A DNA stretch of 63,976 nt, the filler included, from Chrysochromulina tobinii (taxonomy: Eukaryota), in the NCBI GenBank assembly GCA_001275005.1. It is 9 parts of 9 records of this genome, joined end to end, with 100 filler letters (N's around TTAATTAATTAA, not from the genome) between each part and the next. Parts side by side here need not be neighbours in the genome. Positions count along the whole stretch, not along the records: positions 16,807 to 27,983 come from JWZX01000143.1; positions 28,084 to 30,854 come from JWZX01000144.1; positions 30,955 to 38,336 come from JWZX01000146.1; 6 more parts are not named here. One strand, 5' to 3'. Below are positions 25,097 to 37,401 of the stretch, piece after piece. The notes under the pieces were generated by a model. The model was given only the letters and a program-made list of their open reading frames with translations. It was not told the DNA's origin and searched no databases. Every line of letters starts with the position of its first letter. Positions within the stretch are counted from its first letter, which is position 1. Position numbers and translations under genes: made by a program.

Positions 25097-26206
25097 GCCG
25101 CCGCTGTTGTCGCCGCTGCCACTGCCGCCGCTGCCTCCGCCTGTGTTGAGTATCGCGTCGTTCCGATGCGCCTCGCTATGCTCCCGGACAGTGGCGAGCG
25201 AGATGGCATGCACTTGCCCCGGGCACAGCTGCCGCCACATGAGCACCGCTGCACGCGCGTCACTCGCGACCCAGAGCGATCGCTGCTCGACACCGCGCTT
25301 GCACACCTTCCGTGCGGACTCGGTGTACTCGCTCGCGTTCACTCGCACCTCCCACGCGTAGAAGGCGAGCGCCGCCTGCGCGTCAGGAACGACGGTGCGA
25401 GGGATGCCCATGTCGACGCCAAAGGTGCGGGTATGCACGCCGATAACGACGTGCGATGTCGGCGGTTGCGGCGCGCTGCCGGCAGAGGCGATTACGTGTA
25501 TGGGAAAGGCCTGTGGCGTCGGCGGTGGCGACTCGGCACCGTCGCCATGCCGACCAGCGAGCAAGCCGGCGCGTGCGCTCGCGTACTCAATCGCGAGGCG
25601 GCTGTGCGGCCTCGGGGTCGTGAAGAGGCGCCCGATACACGCCTGGAAGCCCGGGCGGTGACGGAGCTGCGATGAGCATGTTGGTGCCTTGGTGATCACG
25701 TACATCGCCTCGCGCGTAAAGTTGAGGAAGACGTGCGGATGCTGCGCGGGGCCGCGCTCACGATCGAGCCAATGCAGCAGCAGCGCGCGGTACTCGGTGC
25801 GATTGGCACCTTTCAGCGCGATCGCGCGCGTCACTTGAAAGGGGTCCTGGAGGCTCTCGGCTCTTGGCTGCGCCAGGTACGCCTCAATCGAGGGCGTCGC
25901 CCACGTGCGCGTGCCGCCGAGGAGAAGGGAGTCGGTGGGCAGATAGGCACGATGCGGATACACAACCAGGCGGCGACCTAGGCCGGCCGCAAGCTCGTGC
26001 AAATTGCGCAGGTAGCTGAAGGAGTTGCCCCAACCACGAGCGGCTCCGTGAGCGCCCTCCCAAACAACGCCGAGCGTGGCTTCCAGCGAGACGACCCACG
26101 TGCACTGCGACTCATCGCAGCTACTGCCAGCGCTGGCGGTGCTGTAACAAGTTCTGTGCGCTGCCGACGACGGTGGGAGGCTGCGGCACGGATCGCACGT
26201 CTGCAT
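24593..26206 (-). CDS. GT-B fucosyltransferase-like protein (alpha-1,2/1,6/O-FucT superfamily)
   Basis: GWGN near the N-terminus, motif I VIGVHTR, motif II LWVASD, motif III LLDWLLL..SSF; Gly/Ser insert. Confidence 0.7.
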
Positions 26207-26786
26207 CGAAGTGGAAACTCCGGTGTGTGAATTTCCCGATGCGATTCCTCAATTGAACAAGTGAATTTGGCAGGGATGCTCGCGTCAGTTAATGATGAGT
26301 GAATGAGCAGTGCTGGGTTAGAGTTTTGCGCCTCGACGCTCCGCGTCGGCCGTCGCGGGCCACTCGGGTCCTCACGATTCAAGCTCCGCAGTGGCTTAAA
26401 GTGGCTTGCGCTATGCGCAGTGGGGTTCCAGCGAGGTAAAGGCGGGGGGAGTAGTGTATCAGGGGTGCCGGTACACAGGAATATCATATTGACAAGCCTG
26501 CCCCGCGACAAACCACAGTGCACAGGCCCGGCTTGCGGCTATACACAGACCACAGAGCTCGAGAGCGCTCACAAAACAAAACAAGAGCCGCTATCTGGGC
26601 TATGAAGCGCTCCCTCTGGGCTCCGCGGTCTTAAGATATCCCTGCGCGACGTCGTTCTTTCGCGTCATCATCATCATGGCATCGCACTCTGCGCACACCC
26701 CTCGTGGCTGACAGGTGCGGAGGAGCCACCGCCACCCTGCCGGGAGAGTCAGGCTGGCGTGAGCTCACAACCGAGGCTACGCTCGC

Positions 26787-27404
26787 TTAGGGCGGCGCGC
26801 CAAGGCCGGTCTGCCACTTCATCGAGTAGCAGCCGGGCTTGCCCTTGAGGCCCCACTTGGGCGACTTGGCGAGGTCGTCGAGCTTCACCTTCTCCTTCTG
26901 CATCTGATCCCAGCTCACGTCGGGGCGGAGCGGCGACTTGTAGCCGCGCGACTCGCCGGGGAAGCAGCCGTTGGTGTCGCACTTGGCGCCGTCGCCGTTG
27001 CGCTCGAACGGGTTGAAGTTGGTGTAGGAGCGCGGCTTCTCCGGGTCCCACGCGTCGAAGCACGCCTTCTGCGCGTCGAAGTTCCAGATGTTCTTCCAGG
27101 GCGAGACGTCGAACATCTGCGGGGCCGACGCGCGGACCTGCACCGAGGAACGGAGTAGGGGATGGAAGGTTGTGAGTGAGCAGTGTGGCGAGAGCTTATG
27201 TGAGAGTACGTTGGCCATGGGATTAGCGCGCGGGCGCGCGTGCGTCTTGCGGCCGCGCGCAAGCAAAACGTGTGAGAAGACGAAAGTGAGGTTGGCCAAT
27301 CTTCTGGGCGCGCATTGTCGGATGGGGCTGCGACGACGCACCTGCGTCTTTGGCGCCGAGAGGCCGACCTGGAGGGCAAGGGCACCGATGGTGGTCGCGA
27401 GCAT
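26787..27404 (-). CDS. Small plastid-targeted protein of unknown function
   Basis: Exons 27404-27342 and 27137-26787 (204-nt in-frame intron). Presequence MLATTIGALAL..APKTQVRASAPQM; mature part WDPEKPRSYTNFNPFERNGDGAKCDTNGCFPG..YKSPLRPD; extreme codon bias. Confidence 0.75.
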   Translation of the reverse strand: MLATTIGALALQVGLSAPKTQVRRRSPIRQCAPRRLANLTFVFSHVLLARGRKTHARPRANPMANVLSHKLSPHCSLTTFHPLLRSSVQVRASAPQMFDVSPWKNIWNFDAQKACFDAWDPEKPRSYTNFNPFERNGDGAKCDTNGCFPGESRGYKSPLRPDVSWDQMQKEKVKLDDLAKSPKWGLKGKPGCYSMKWQTGLGAPP

Positions 27405-28187
27405 TCTCGACAGAGGTTTTGTGATGTGATCGCGCGAGAAGGAGAATCGGTGATCGGATTGAGATACGAGATGACGATTGAAGGGAAAAACCCGAGCGCA
27501 ATCTCCCGGGAGACTGTTCTTCCGATTTCACGTTGACGACATGAGGAAGGTGGTTTCGTATTTGCCCTCATGGTGAAGACACATTTTAGACGGGGAATCG
27601 CGGCACCCGATGTTTGAGTTTCACTTGAGTATGAGTTTCACATGCCAACCAAACATGGCGCCCCCATTCGGTTCCCAAAATTCGAAACCAAAATGGGCAA
27701 GCATGCTGTGAATGAACACATGATCCTCCTCGCGAAGAACACAGTCGAGTGGAAGCACTTTTTGGGCACATTGACCGATTGAGCTTAGAATTTGATGGTG
27801 TGTTCGTAATTGTTGATGTTGTCCCCACACCCCTCACCCGGCACCCGCAGTTTGGCGAGCAAGCAGTGCAACGCGGAGCAAGTGCTTTGTTTTAGCTTCA
27901 AGTGCGCGCTAGGGGACTTGCGTTGCGAGACACTCTCGGGTACCCTCTCACGAGCCCGCCCCCCCCCCCCCCCCCCCCCCCCCNNNNNNNNNNNNNNNNN
28001 NNNNNNNNNNNNNNNNNNNNNNNNNNNTTAATTAATTAANNNNNNNNNNNNNNNNNNNNNNNNNNNNNNNNNNNNNNNNNNNNTTAAGACTCAGTGTGGG
28101 GGGGGGCGACCGATACGGCGCCTTCCCCACTTTTTGGCATCACAAAGCAAGACAGGTGAGGCAGGCTTCTCGGAGCTCGCGCGCGCG

Positions 28188-29330
28188 ATGGATGTTTTGC
28201 CTAGTGCCAAGCGCCCAAGGCTGGAGACCGCGGTGCGCGCGAGACCGGTGCCGTTCAACCACCGACGCGTGGTCGGTCCCATGGTCGGCGCATCAGACCT
28301 CGCATTCCGCTTGCTCTGCAGGAGGCATGGCGCTGATGCTATCTATTCCGAGATGCTCTTCAGCGATAGGCTCGTTACGGACACAAGCTATCGCGCGAGA
28401 AAGCTGCAGACGTGCCCTCACGACAGGCCGCTCGTCATCCAAATATGTGCAAACAACGCCGACGAGGCTGCAGCTGCCTGCAAGACGATTGAATTCTGCT
28501 GCACGAGCGCAGATGCCATCGACCTCAACCTGGGTTGCCCGTTGCCGCAGGCTGAAGCACAGGGCTTTGGCGCCTATCTTCTGGACCGTCCGCATTGGAT
28601 CCGCGTCGCAGCGATCGTCCGCGCAATGTCTGCCGCATGCGACCTGCCCATCTTTTGCAAGATTCGTTTGCTGGAGACTGTCGAAGACACGATTGAGTTC
28701 TGTGAGCTGCTCGTGGCCTCGGGCTGCTCCCTGATCGCCGTGCATGGCCGACGCCGACCTGCTGCGCAGAGCCATCGCGGCCAACGGCAGCGCGAAGCTG
28801 CGGATCTGGATGCGATCTCGCAGCTCGTGCGAGCGGTGCGGAGCGTACCCATTCTGACGAACGGGAACACGCAGTGGCCCGAGGATGTGGCGAGGAATCT
28901 CGAGCACACCGGCGCTGCTGGGCTGATGGCTGCCGAGGGCGTGCTCATCAACCCACTCCTGTTTGAGGCGCATGCAACGGCGGCGAGTGTGCCCGGCCAA
29001 AGCTCCGATGCATGCTCCGAGGGCTTGCCTAGTGTCTGTGCAGCAGGACCGGAGGATGTGCAAGAGGAGGCTGGGGCAGGCAGCATGTCACGCCGACAGA
29101 TCGGCCACGTGGCGCTCGAGTACTTGAAGCTCGCGGAAGAGTATCCTCCCGAGAACCCGAGCATCATCCGAAGCCATCTCATGTGGATGCTTGGTCGGAG
29201 TGGCAAGGGGCACCATTGCAGATTCGCATGGCGCGGCCCCTTCTCACACGATCAGCTTCGCATGGCACTGGTCGATGCGGAGCAGCCCGAGGACTTTGAG
29301 CGCATCGTCCGGCTCACGTTGTTAGAGTGA
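28188..29330 (+). CDS. tRNA-dihydrouridine synthase (DUS1-like)
   Basis: PMVGASDLAFRLLCR, DRPLVIQ, DLNLGCP, GAYLL, CKIRL, IAVHGR, TNGN, GLMAAEG..NPLLF. Confidence 0.93.
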   Translation: MDVLPSAKRPRLETAVRARPVPFNHRRVVGPMVGASDLAFRLLCRRHGADAIYSEMLFSDRLVTDTSYRARKLQTCPHDRPLVIQICANNADEAAAACKTIEFCCTSADAIDLNLGCPLPQAEAQGFGAYLLDRPHWIRVAAIVRAMSAACDLPIFCKIRLLETVEDTIEFCELLVASGCSLIAVHGRRRPAAQSHRGQRQREAADLDAISQLVRAVRSVPILTNGNTQWPEDVARNLEHTGAAGLMAAEGVLINPLLFEAHATAASVPGQSSDACSEGLPSVCAAGPEDVQEEAGAGSMSRRQIGHVALEYLKLAEEYPPENPSIIRSHLMWMLGRSGKGHHCRFAWRGPFSHDQLRMALVDAEQPEDFERIVRLTLLE

Positions 29331-29334
29331 AGGT

Positions 29335-30854
29335 TGTTAGACTCAGAGAAAATGTGTACGAGAGTGAACGCGTTGGCGGTGAAGTACCGTAGTCAATGAC
29401 CGTAGTACCTCCGAGCCGTCGCGCCGTAACGGCTCCCACCCTTACATTGTAACGGGGCGTCTTTATAACGCAACGCGCCGCCCGACCGCGGACCGTACGG
29501 TAGCGCACTACGTGCACGCCGCGCCGAAGGCGCAAGAGGGGAAAAGTGTCTCTACTTCGTCCGAACGCGGCACTAGTGTGTGTAGAGTATCGCACGGCCC
29601 GATGTCGTTTCAGTAACGCACGGTAGGGACCGGTAGGGTTTTGTGGATTCAAGCAGGCACTCGACCTCTTCAGTCCGACGCCGTGCGCTCCGACCGCACG
29701 CGCATCGACGTGGCATCGGTGGTTAGTCCGTTCCTCCGCAAGCTCCCTCGTCGCCGTCATGTCCACACCTGACGACGATAGCACGCTATCCGACACCATC
29801 ATCGACAAGCTCGCACCAACCACCGCAGACGGTACTCCTCTCGTTTGGTCAAGCGACAATGAAGCCCACCTCGATGGTCTCCTCTTTGAGGTCGGCAAGT
29901 TCTACAAGCGCAAGGGCCTCTTCCAGGCCTTCTTCAAGAACCACGCCGCCGTCCTCTCCAACGGCAAGCTCGCCGTGGACGCCCTCGAAAGTGCGTACAT
30001 CATGTCTGAGAAGATCAAGGACAGCTACAGCTTCGAGAAGCCTTGCCCACCAACAGCCCAGCGCGTGGCCAACTACGACGCCGCCACGCTTACCGTCGGC
30101 TCGCCCCTCCACGGCAAGAAAGCGGTACCGAAGAACCTCACCGAGATTCCCGCCGAACTCAAGGCCACCACCGTCCTGTCCGAGCACGCCGTTGAGGCGG
30201 AGGACAGCAGGCTGCTCACGTCGCTCACGCACACGTTCGGCAAGTCGATCTCGTCCGATGAGTTGATCGACGCCGCCGACGGGAGCGGCTACAAGCTCCT
30301 CGAGCTCCTCCGCGCCCGCGCCAAGAGCGCCAACACCAAGGACAAAGCGCTCGTCGCCGCCCAGTATGCCCGCATCATCCGCGACGGCGTTCCCCACGGC
30401 ACCGAGCTCAAGCTTCAGTCCCTCAAGGACTACATCAAGGAGTACAAGGCCGTCAAGCGCAACGTGCCGGAACTCTCCCGCCAGACCGACGCAGCCGAGG
30501 TCGACATGATCGACCTTATCGCCGTTAAAGACCCGTCGGTCCGCGAGATCTACGACATCAAGCGGACGGCGACGCCGCCGACCAACCTCGACTCCGCGGT
30601 GGGCCTGCTCTCCTCCATCCTCCGTGGGCGCGCGCGCTGCGAGGAGATCGACGAAGTCAATGCGGCCACCGCGTCTCCCGCCAAGAGCCTCGGCCTCGTC
30701 GCCAACCGCATCGCCCCGAACCAGGACAAGGCGCTCCAGCAGCTCCTCTCCACCATCGGCACGTCGGACGGGCGCCTCTCCGCCCTCATGTCCACGCTCC
30801 AGGCCGTGGCCGACCCCGCCAAGACCAAGGCCGGCGAGGACAAGGACAAGAAGC
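29335..30854 (+). mobile_element. Possible LTR-retrotransposon 5' end with gag-like ORF 29759-30854 (truncated)
   Basis: TGTTAG start 5 nt after the DUS stop; intronless ORF with different, C-rich codon usage (DGTPLVW..N.AHLDGLLFEVG...HAAVLSNGKLAVD) that I recall resembling N-termini of haptophyte copia-type polyproteins; contig breaks inside it. No PBS, second LTR or pol is visible. Confidence 0.45.
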
Positions 30855-31093
30855 NNNNNNNNNNNNNNNNNNNNNNNNNNNNNNNNNNNNNNNNNNNNTT
30901 AATTAATTAANNNNNNNNNNNNNNNNNNNNNNNNNNNNNNNNNNNNNNNNNNNNCACACCGTCATCGACGATGCGCAAAAGACCCTTCGCCCCCACGCCC
31001 CTTCTCAACAGCTAACCCTGCGTGCCCCACGTGAATTCCGAGTAGGCGGAAGTTTAATCAGACCGCTTGTTTCGTAAATTTCCATATGCGGGA

Positions 31094-32749
31094 ATGCGAC
31101 GGACGCACAGATCTGCGACGAGCGATGCGCGGGACGCGGCAGAAGATGCTTCTGACCCACGCAAGTCTCGTAGGCGCAGCAGCACCCTCCTCTTGCTCAT
31201 GCTCCTTCTGCTCGCGCTCGCTGCCATCATTGGCCTCAGTGGCCACCTCGTGCTCGTAGCACGCGTAACCACCCGACTTGATCCGATCACTGCGAGAGGC
31301 CAGGATGCTGCAGCCGCCTCAGCGCTGGCGCCATCGCTTGCATCGACGACGCCTCCATCGTCGCCACCAGCCGCCGCCACGTCCGACGAGCCGCGCGACG
31401 ATCGCCTCGCCGCCTGCACGCACGCCGCCCTAATCGGCAAGGGCGCGTGCTCGCCTCGGCGCATCGTCTTCGTAGGCGGCCTGCAGCGCTCGGGCACGTC
31501 GACGCTGGCCGAGCTGCTCGGCGTGCTGCCGGGTGTGTCGCCACTCCACTTCGATGCGCGGTCGGCGCGGCACATGGAGGCTGCTCCGTGGAAGAGCCTC
31601 GTGGACGTGCACACCGGCCGGCGAATGAAGTGGGCTTACTTCCGCGAAGTCGTGTCGACGGGTGGCGCGGAGGGAAAGCTGCTGCAGTCGGTGTTCCCGT
31701 ACCGCTACGCTGTGTGGGACGCCAAGTTTGGGCGGCTGCCCGCGCTGCTCGCCCATCCAAGTCGCCTCTCCCCACTGCTGACCAACGCAACGCGCGAGCA
31801 GTTGTGGGACGAGTGGCGCCAGTTCTGGTCGACACGGCCGGCGCGCGTGCTGCTGGACAAGAGCCCCGAGAATGTGCTGATGGCGCCCTTTCTCGAGGCG
31901 CTGCTCGGGCGGCGGCGCGTGGGGTTCGTCTTCGTGATGCGCCATCCGCTCAGCTGGGCGCTCGTCGCGGCCAAGTGGGGTTGCGTGTGGCAGTCGATGG
32001 TGGCCGCGGACCCTAGCCATGATGGAGGCGAGGGCGGCGACGGCGGCGACGGCGGCGACGGCGGCGGCGGCGACGGCAGTGTCGACGGTGGAGGAGACGG
32101 CGACGGTTACGGCGACGGCGCCGACGGGTCCTCTCCTCGCCCCAAGTCGGCGCCTCTTGGCTGCTTGGAGCATCTGATCGATGTGTGGCTGGCGGTGCAC
32201 GAGCAGGCAGTGGCACAGCTGCCCTTCCTCACTGCGGCGGCACTGGTGCCCGCCGAGTCGGACGCATGGCTTGCGTCTCCATCGTGGCTGGGCCGCGTGG
32301 GCGGCGGCGAGCTGCCGTATGCACTTCCCGCCGCGGACCGCACACGCTGGGGTCGTATGCAAGCAGCTTTTCGGGAGGGTAGCCATGCCTACGTGCACTG
32401 CTTCCTTCGCGGCTACGCGCCCAGGCGGGCACGCGTGCGCAACGGGCGTGACTGCGCCGAGGGCGGCGGCGTGCGGGAGACGTCGAGCGCAAGTCGGCTC
32501 GCTTGGCTCCGTCGCCTCAAGGTGTCTGTTGGCGCGCGCGTGCGAGCGCTCGGTTATAGCATGCATCTGGGGCCGACGGTCGGGCGGCACTGCTGCAACT
32601 CGTCGTGGGACTTGTGGCGTGCCCCGGCCGAGGAGGAGATGTTCACAAGCTTTGCCGAGGCGAGGCCGCCGGTGGAGACCGCTTTGCACGAGGCGCTGGT
32701 CTCAACCGACGGCGGTGGCGAGGGCGGCGGCGGCGGCGGCGGCGGCGAT

Positions 32750-32780
<31 letters not shown>

Positions 32781-35700
32781 GTGGCGACGGTGGCGACGAC
32801 GGCGAGGATGAGGCGTGGTTGCTGCCGCGGGCACCATCATACGAGGCGCATGCAGACGGCGGCGAGGGCCTCGGGCTGCATGCAGGCGCTTCGGCGCTCG
32901 TGGTGAGCTCAAACTTCCTCTCGGGCTTCAATGGCATGCAGCAGCGGGCAGCACAGTTGAGCGCTGCACTGGGCAAGCTGGGCTATGCCATCCACTACGT
33001 GGCCGCCGGTCCGCTCAACTCGACGGCGGCGTGCGCGAGCGCGACGCCCGCCGTTATCTGCCACGGCGAGGGCGACACGGACGCCCAGTACGGCGCGTAC
33101 GCGGCCTGGGCCAAGGCGACACGTGCGACGCCTACGCTGGCAGCGGTCGCGTTCACCTCTCTCACCCTCGAGGTGTCGCGCGCGCTGCTGCGGCTGCCGC
33201 GCGCCGCCTTTGGTAAGTCGACTGCATGCCCAACTGATTGCATGCCCAACTGATTGCATGCGCGCCGCCTTTGATAAGTCGACTGCATGCCCAACTGATT
33301 GCATGCCCAACTGATTGCATGCCCAACTGATTGCATGCCCAACTGATTGCATGCCCAACTGATTGCATGCCCAACTGATTGCATGCCCAACTGATTGCAT
33401 GCCCAACTGATTGCATGCGCGCCGCCTTTGGTAAGTCGACTGCCTAACGTGGGGTGCGACCCGCTGGATTGCATGCTGATAACCTCTGATGGCGCCCCTC
33501 ATCAGGTAAGTGGACGGTCCAGGGAGGGTACGACCCTTCCCACCTGCCCAAGGCACATCGATGCCTCCGACTGCTCGGCACGATCGCGGCAGATTTCCCC
33601 ACAGCGCACCTCGTCCTCTTCACCGACGACATCCACTTTGAGCGCACGCGGTACATCCTGCGCCTCGCGGGCAAGGAGGCGCTGTTGCGGGCGCCCGATA
33701 CGACGCGCGTCCTCGCGGGCGCCAAGCGCCTCGAGCTCGCGACGTACGCACGCGCTCGACTCGTTCTCCTCATCTCGGAGCAGGTGGGATTGCCGCTGAT
33801 GGCGTCTCGGATGGCCGTGTGAGCACCGCTGATGGCGTCTCGGATGGCGTCTCGGATGGCCTTTCTGAGTGCGTCTCCTTCTCCTCTCGGCACAGGATGC
33901 GAGCACGCTGCGCCAGGCGATGGGCGCCCGATACGGCGCTCCGGACGCGCCGACGGACGACGCGCCGGCCGACGCAGAGGCGGCAGATGCGCCGCCGGTC
34001 GCGAGCACGACAGAGGCGGCGAGGTCGACGGCGGCGGCTGAAGCGACGCCGCACCTTGGTCTGATGCCCTTCGGCGCCTCGCCACTCCCGCCTTCGGAGG
34101 TGGCGGCCCTCAGTGCGCGCGTGGCCGGCACGATGCTGTACGTGGGCACGTGCCACCCGGTGGCCAAGGCGAGTGTGACGTGGCTGGTGCGGGAGGTGCT
34201 GCCGCGGCTCGAGCGCCGCCTGAAGCGCGCGTCGGCGCTCAGGACGACGCCGCAGCTGCGCCTCGCGGGCACTGGCTGGCTGTCCCTCGCGTCGGAGGCA
34301 CCCTTTGCGCAGTTGGTCGAGTCCGGCACGCTGGTGGTGCTCGGCAAGCTCTCTGTGGCGGCGCTGGCGCAAGAGTATCAGCGCGCCACGCTCTTCATCT
34401 CGCCCCTCCTCAACGCCACCGGGATTGCGACCAAGAACTTTCATGCGATGGCGGCTGGACTGCCGGTGCTCACCACGCCGATGGGAACGGCGGGGCTGCT
34501 GCTGCCGGCCGCGCCGCTCATTGCCTGTTGCACGGGCGAGGACGGCGAGGACGGCGAGGATGGAGAGGATGGCGAGGACGGCGAGGATGAAGAGGATGAC
34601 CATGACGGCGAGGACGGCGAGGACGGCGGGGACGGCGAGGAGGATGTCGCGGTGACGGCGGCGAAGGCGCACGAGCACGGTGAGGCGGAGGAGATCGGTG
34701 GTCGAGCCTCAGCTGCTGCGGCAGGGCCGGCTGCTGCCCCCCTTCAGTGCACGGGCGGCACTTCCATCTTTGGGCCACCTGCCGAGCCGTTTGCGCCCCC
34801 GCCGTCGCTTGCAGAGAGCTGCGCGCTGCAGCCGATGAGGATGGAATGTGCCGCGTGGGAGGCTGCCAAGGCGGCCAGCGGCCTGCCGACGCGCCTGGCC
34901 GGAAGCGCGGTCGAGGCCATGGGAGACGCCAGAGGAGGCGGCGGTGGCGGCATTGTTGGCGGTGGCGGCAGGAGAGGCGGCGGCAGGGGCGGCGGCAGGG
35001 ACGGCAAGCGCGGCGGCAAAAGCCAAGGCGGCGGCGGCGGCAGCGGCGGGAACAAGAGCGCGAAGCCTTCCAAAAGAGGCAACCGCGGCGGCGGGTCAAA
35101 GCACGGCGGTGGTTCGTCAGGTTCGTCAGGTTCGTCAAAGCACGGCGGCGGCAGCGCCACGAGGCAGTTGCTCTTCTCCGTGTCGCGGAGAGGTACGGTG
35201 CCTTCGCCCCACCACCCGTCGTCCCTCCACCCGTCGCTGCATTCGTCGGGGGTGCTGTGGGTGGCCGAGGGCCCCGATGCCTTTGCCGACGCTGCGATCG
35301 ACGCACTGAGCAGCCCCGCCCTCTGGCAGCGCGTCTCGCGCCGCGCGCTGCGCCATCAGCGTATGCTGAGCGCGAGTCGCCAGAGTGCGGCGTTTGGAAG
35401 GCTTCTCGCGTCCGGTGCAGTCGGCGCGAGGCTACCGGCCGAGCGTGCGTGCGTGCTCGTCTGCGACTCGTGCGAAGGCGGCCGCCGCCGGCGGCGGCTG
35501 CGCGCCGTCTTGGGCGCGCTGCTGCGGCTGCGGATCGCGGTGCATATGATCGTGCTTCCCCGCGGCTCGGTGCCACACTCCGAAGCTCGTATGATCGGAT
35601 GGCTGCAGGCTCAAGGGGTCTTCTTCTACGATGGCTCTCCCCAGGATCAGGTGAGCCTCGTTAATGGCCTCTTGATGGCCTTGGTTGCGTCCTGAGTGCA

Positions 35701-36733
35701 TCCTGATTGCATCGTCACTCACTTATAGGGCCCTCCCCGTGAGCAGTGGAGCGCGCTGATCGCCGCGCAGCCGTACCCGCAGCCCTCTTTCGCCTTGGCG
35801 ATGCCGCACTCGCTGCGCGACGTCGTGCGCCAGCTTGGTGCACCCTCGTGCGCTCCAGCGCGCGCCACGACAGCGCGCTGCTTTTGGATCGGCGGAGCCG
35901 GCGCCGGCGAGCGCGAGCGCGAGGCGGGGCGGCGCTCGGGGCGGCATCCGGGGCGGCGCTCACTCGCTGTTGAGGATGCAGACGTGGCGGCGGCGAGGCG
36001 CTTGGTTCCCTCTTTGCTCCGCAATCAAGGCAATCAACGCGATCAAGGCGATCAACGCGATCAAGGCAATCAAGGCAATCAACGCGATCAAGGCGATCAA
36101 GGCGATCAACGCAATCAACGCAATCAAGGCGATCAAGGCGATCAAGGCGATCAAGGCGTGGATCCCTCTCTGCTCCGCACCGGTGACGGCGGTGGTGTTA
36201 GAATGGAGCCCCATGCCACCGACGCACCCGCCAGTGCTGTGCTCGGATCACCGCCCGCGAGTGGCGTGCACCTTCTGCAGCTGCTCAGATGCATGCGCTA
36301 CGACGCGTCGCTCCCCCTCGCCCTCGTGCCCGAGCCACTGCACGCCCAATACGGCGCGCTCGACGCCGGCGGTTCCACAGGAGGCGAGCCCGGGCCAGCG
36401 GCGCGCGACGCGCTGCGTCGGCTGGTGGCGCGATACGAAGGGCAGATACTCGCGCTCGCGACGGCGCTCCTGGTTAGCGGCGGGAAGGCGCATGCGGCGG
36501 CGCTGCGCGAGGCGCCCGTGACGGGGCCGGACGGAGAAGGGCGCGCAAGGGCGCCGCCGCGCGCAGAGCCGCCGCTGGTGCTCGAGCTGCCATTAACGAA
36601 ACTGCCAGCCACGAAACGGCCATTAACGCCGCTGGTGCTCGAGCTGCCTTCGGAGCGCCTTAGCCCGCGCGCCACGGACGCGGCGTGGACGGCGGTGCTC
36701 GTGGAGGTCCTCGGGCTGCACGACACGACGTGA
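31094..36733 (+). CDS. Type II membrane protein: sulfotransferase domain fused to GT4-like glycosyltransferase
   Basis: Exons 31094-33212, 33506-33783, 33896-35650, 35729(or 35747)-36733 join in frame. TM helix LLLLMLLLLALAAIIGL; 5'PSB FVGGLQRSGTSTL, DKSPEN, 3'PB FVMRHP; GT: GMQQRA..L..LGY, FTDDIHFER, ELATY..LISEQD, SPLLNATGIATKNFHAMAAGLPVLTT. Confidence 0.8.
33213..33505 (+). repeat. Intron with 16-mer (GATTGCATGCCCAACT)n and two internal copies of its own donor junction
   Basis: gcgcgccgcctttg(g/a)taagtcgactgc occurs three times; ends in cassette B (cccctcatcag). Confidence 0.85.
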
Positions 36734-37401
36734 TTCGAGACCTCGGCCACAGGCAGTTACAGGCAGTTACAGGCAGTCAGGCAGTTAGACTCGGGCGCCT
36801 CGGCCACAGGCAGTTACAGGTCGAGTTACAGGAAGGTACCTGTAGTTACAGGCAGTTAGATTCGGGACATCGGCCACATGCAGAAAGCTAATAAGGGCAT
36901 ATGCAGCAAAATTAAACTTGAAGGAAGACTGCCCAGGAGCCCGAAACCAACTCGCCCATCGTGCATCGGATGGAAAACGTACCCACGACAAATCGTTCGG
37001 GCGGCCCGAAACGCTCCACCGGAACGACGTCGCGTTCGTTTCGGAAAATGGACAGATTCCTTTAACGTTTAAGTGGAGGCTTTCACCCAATGAAATTCAA
37101 CCCAAGGACACGAACCCAAGAAGGACACGAATCGAACCCAAGGAATCGCGAACCCAAGGACACGAACCGGCCGGCCACAAGCGGCCCGGCCGACAGCGAC
37201 TTCGACAGCAACACACATCTCTGTATGATCTCTCTGACATGATGCGAGATCTCGAACGCACGTCACGACTCAACACACAAGTACGTAGGCGGAAGGGGAA
37301 CCCTATGCACAAGCACCCGACCGACGCGAAACATCGGACCGTCCCCACAGCACCTCCATATTGTACCGCAGCTGCGTCCACAGCTAGACACGACCGTGCT
37401 G

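Noticed and set aside
27958..27983. Poly-C run and (GCG)n at contig ends (also 52740-52789)
   Set aside because: Low-complexity assembly break points.
36740..36870. (GGCAGTTACA)n downstream of the ST-GT gene
   Set aside because: 3' flanking simple repeat with no splice signals or coding evidence; may belong to the filler process but is not informative.
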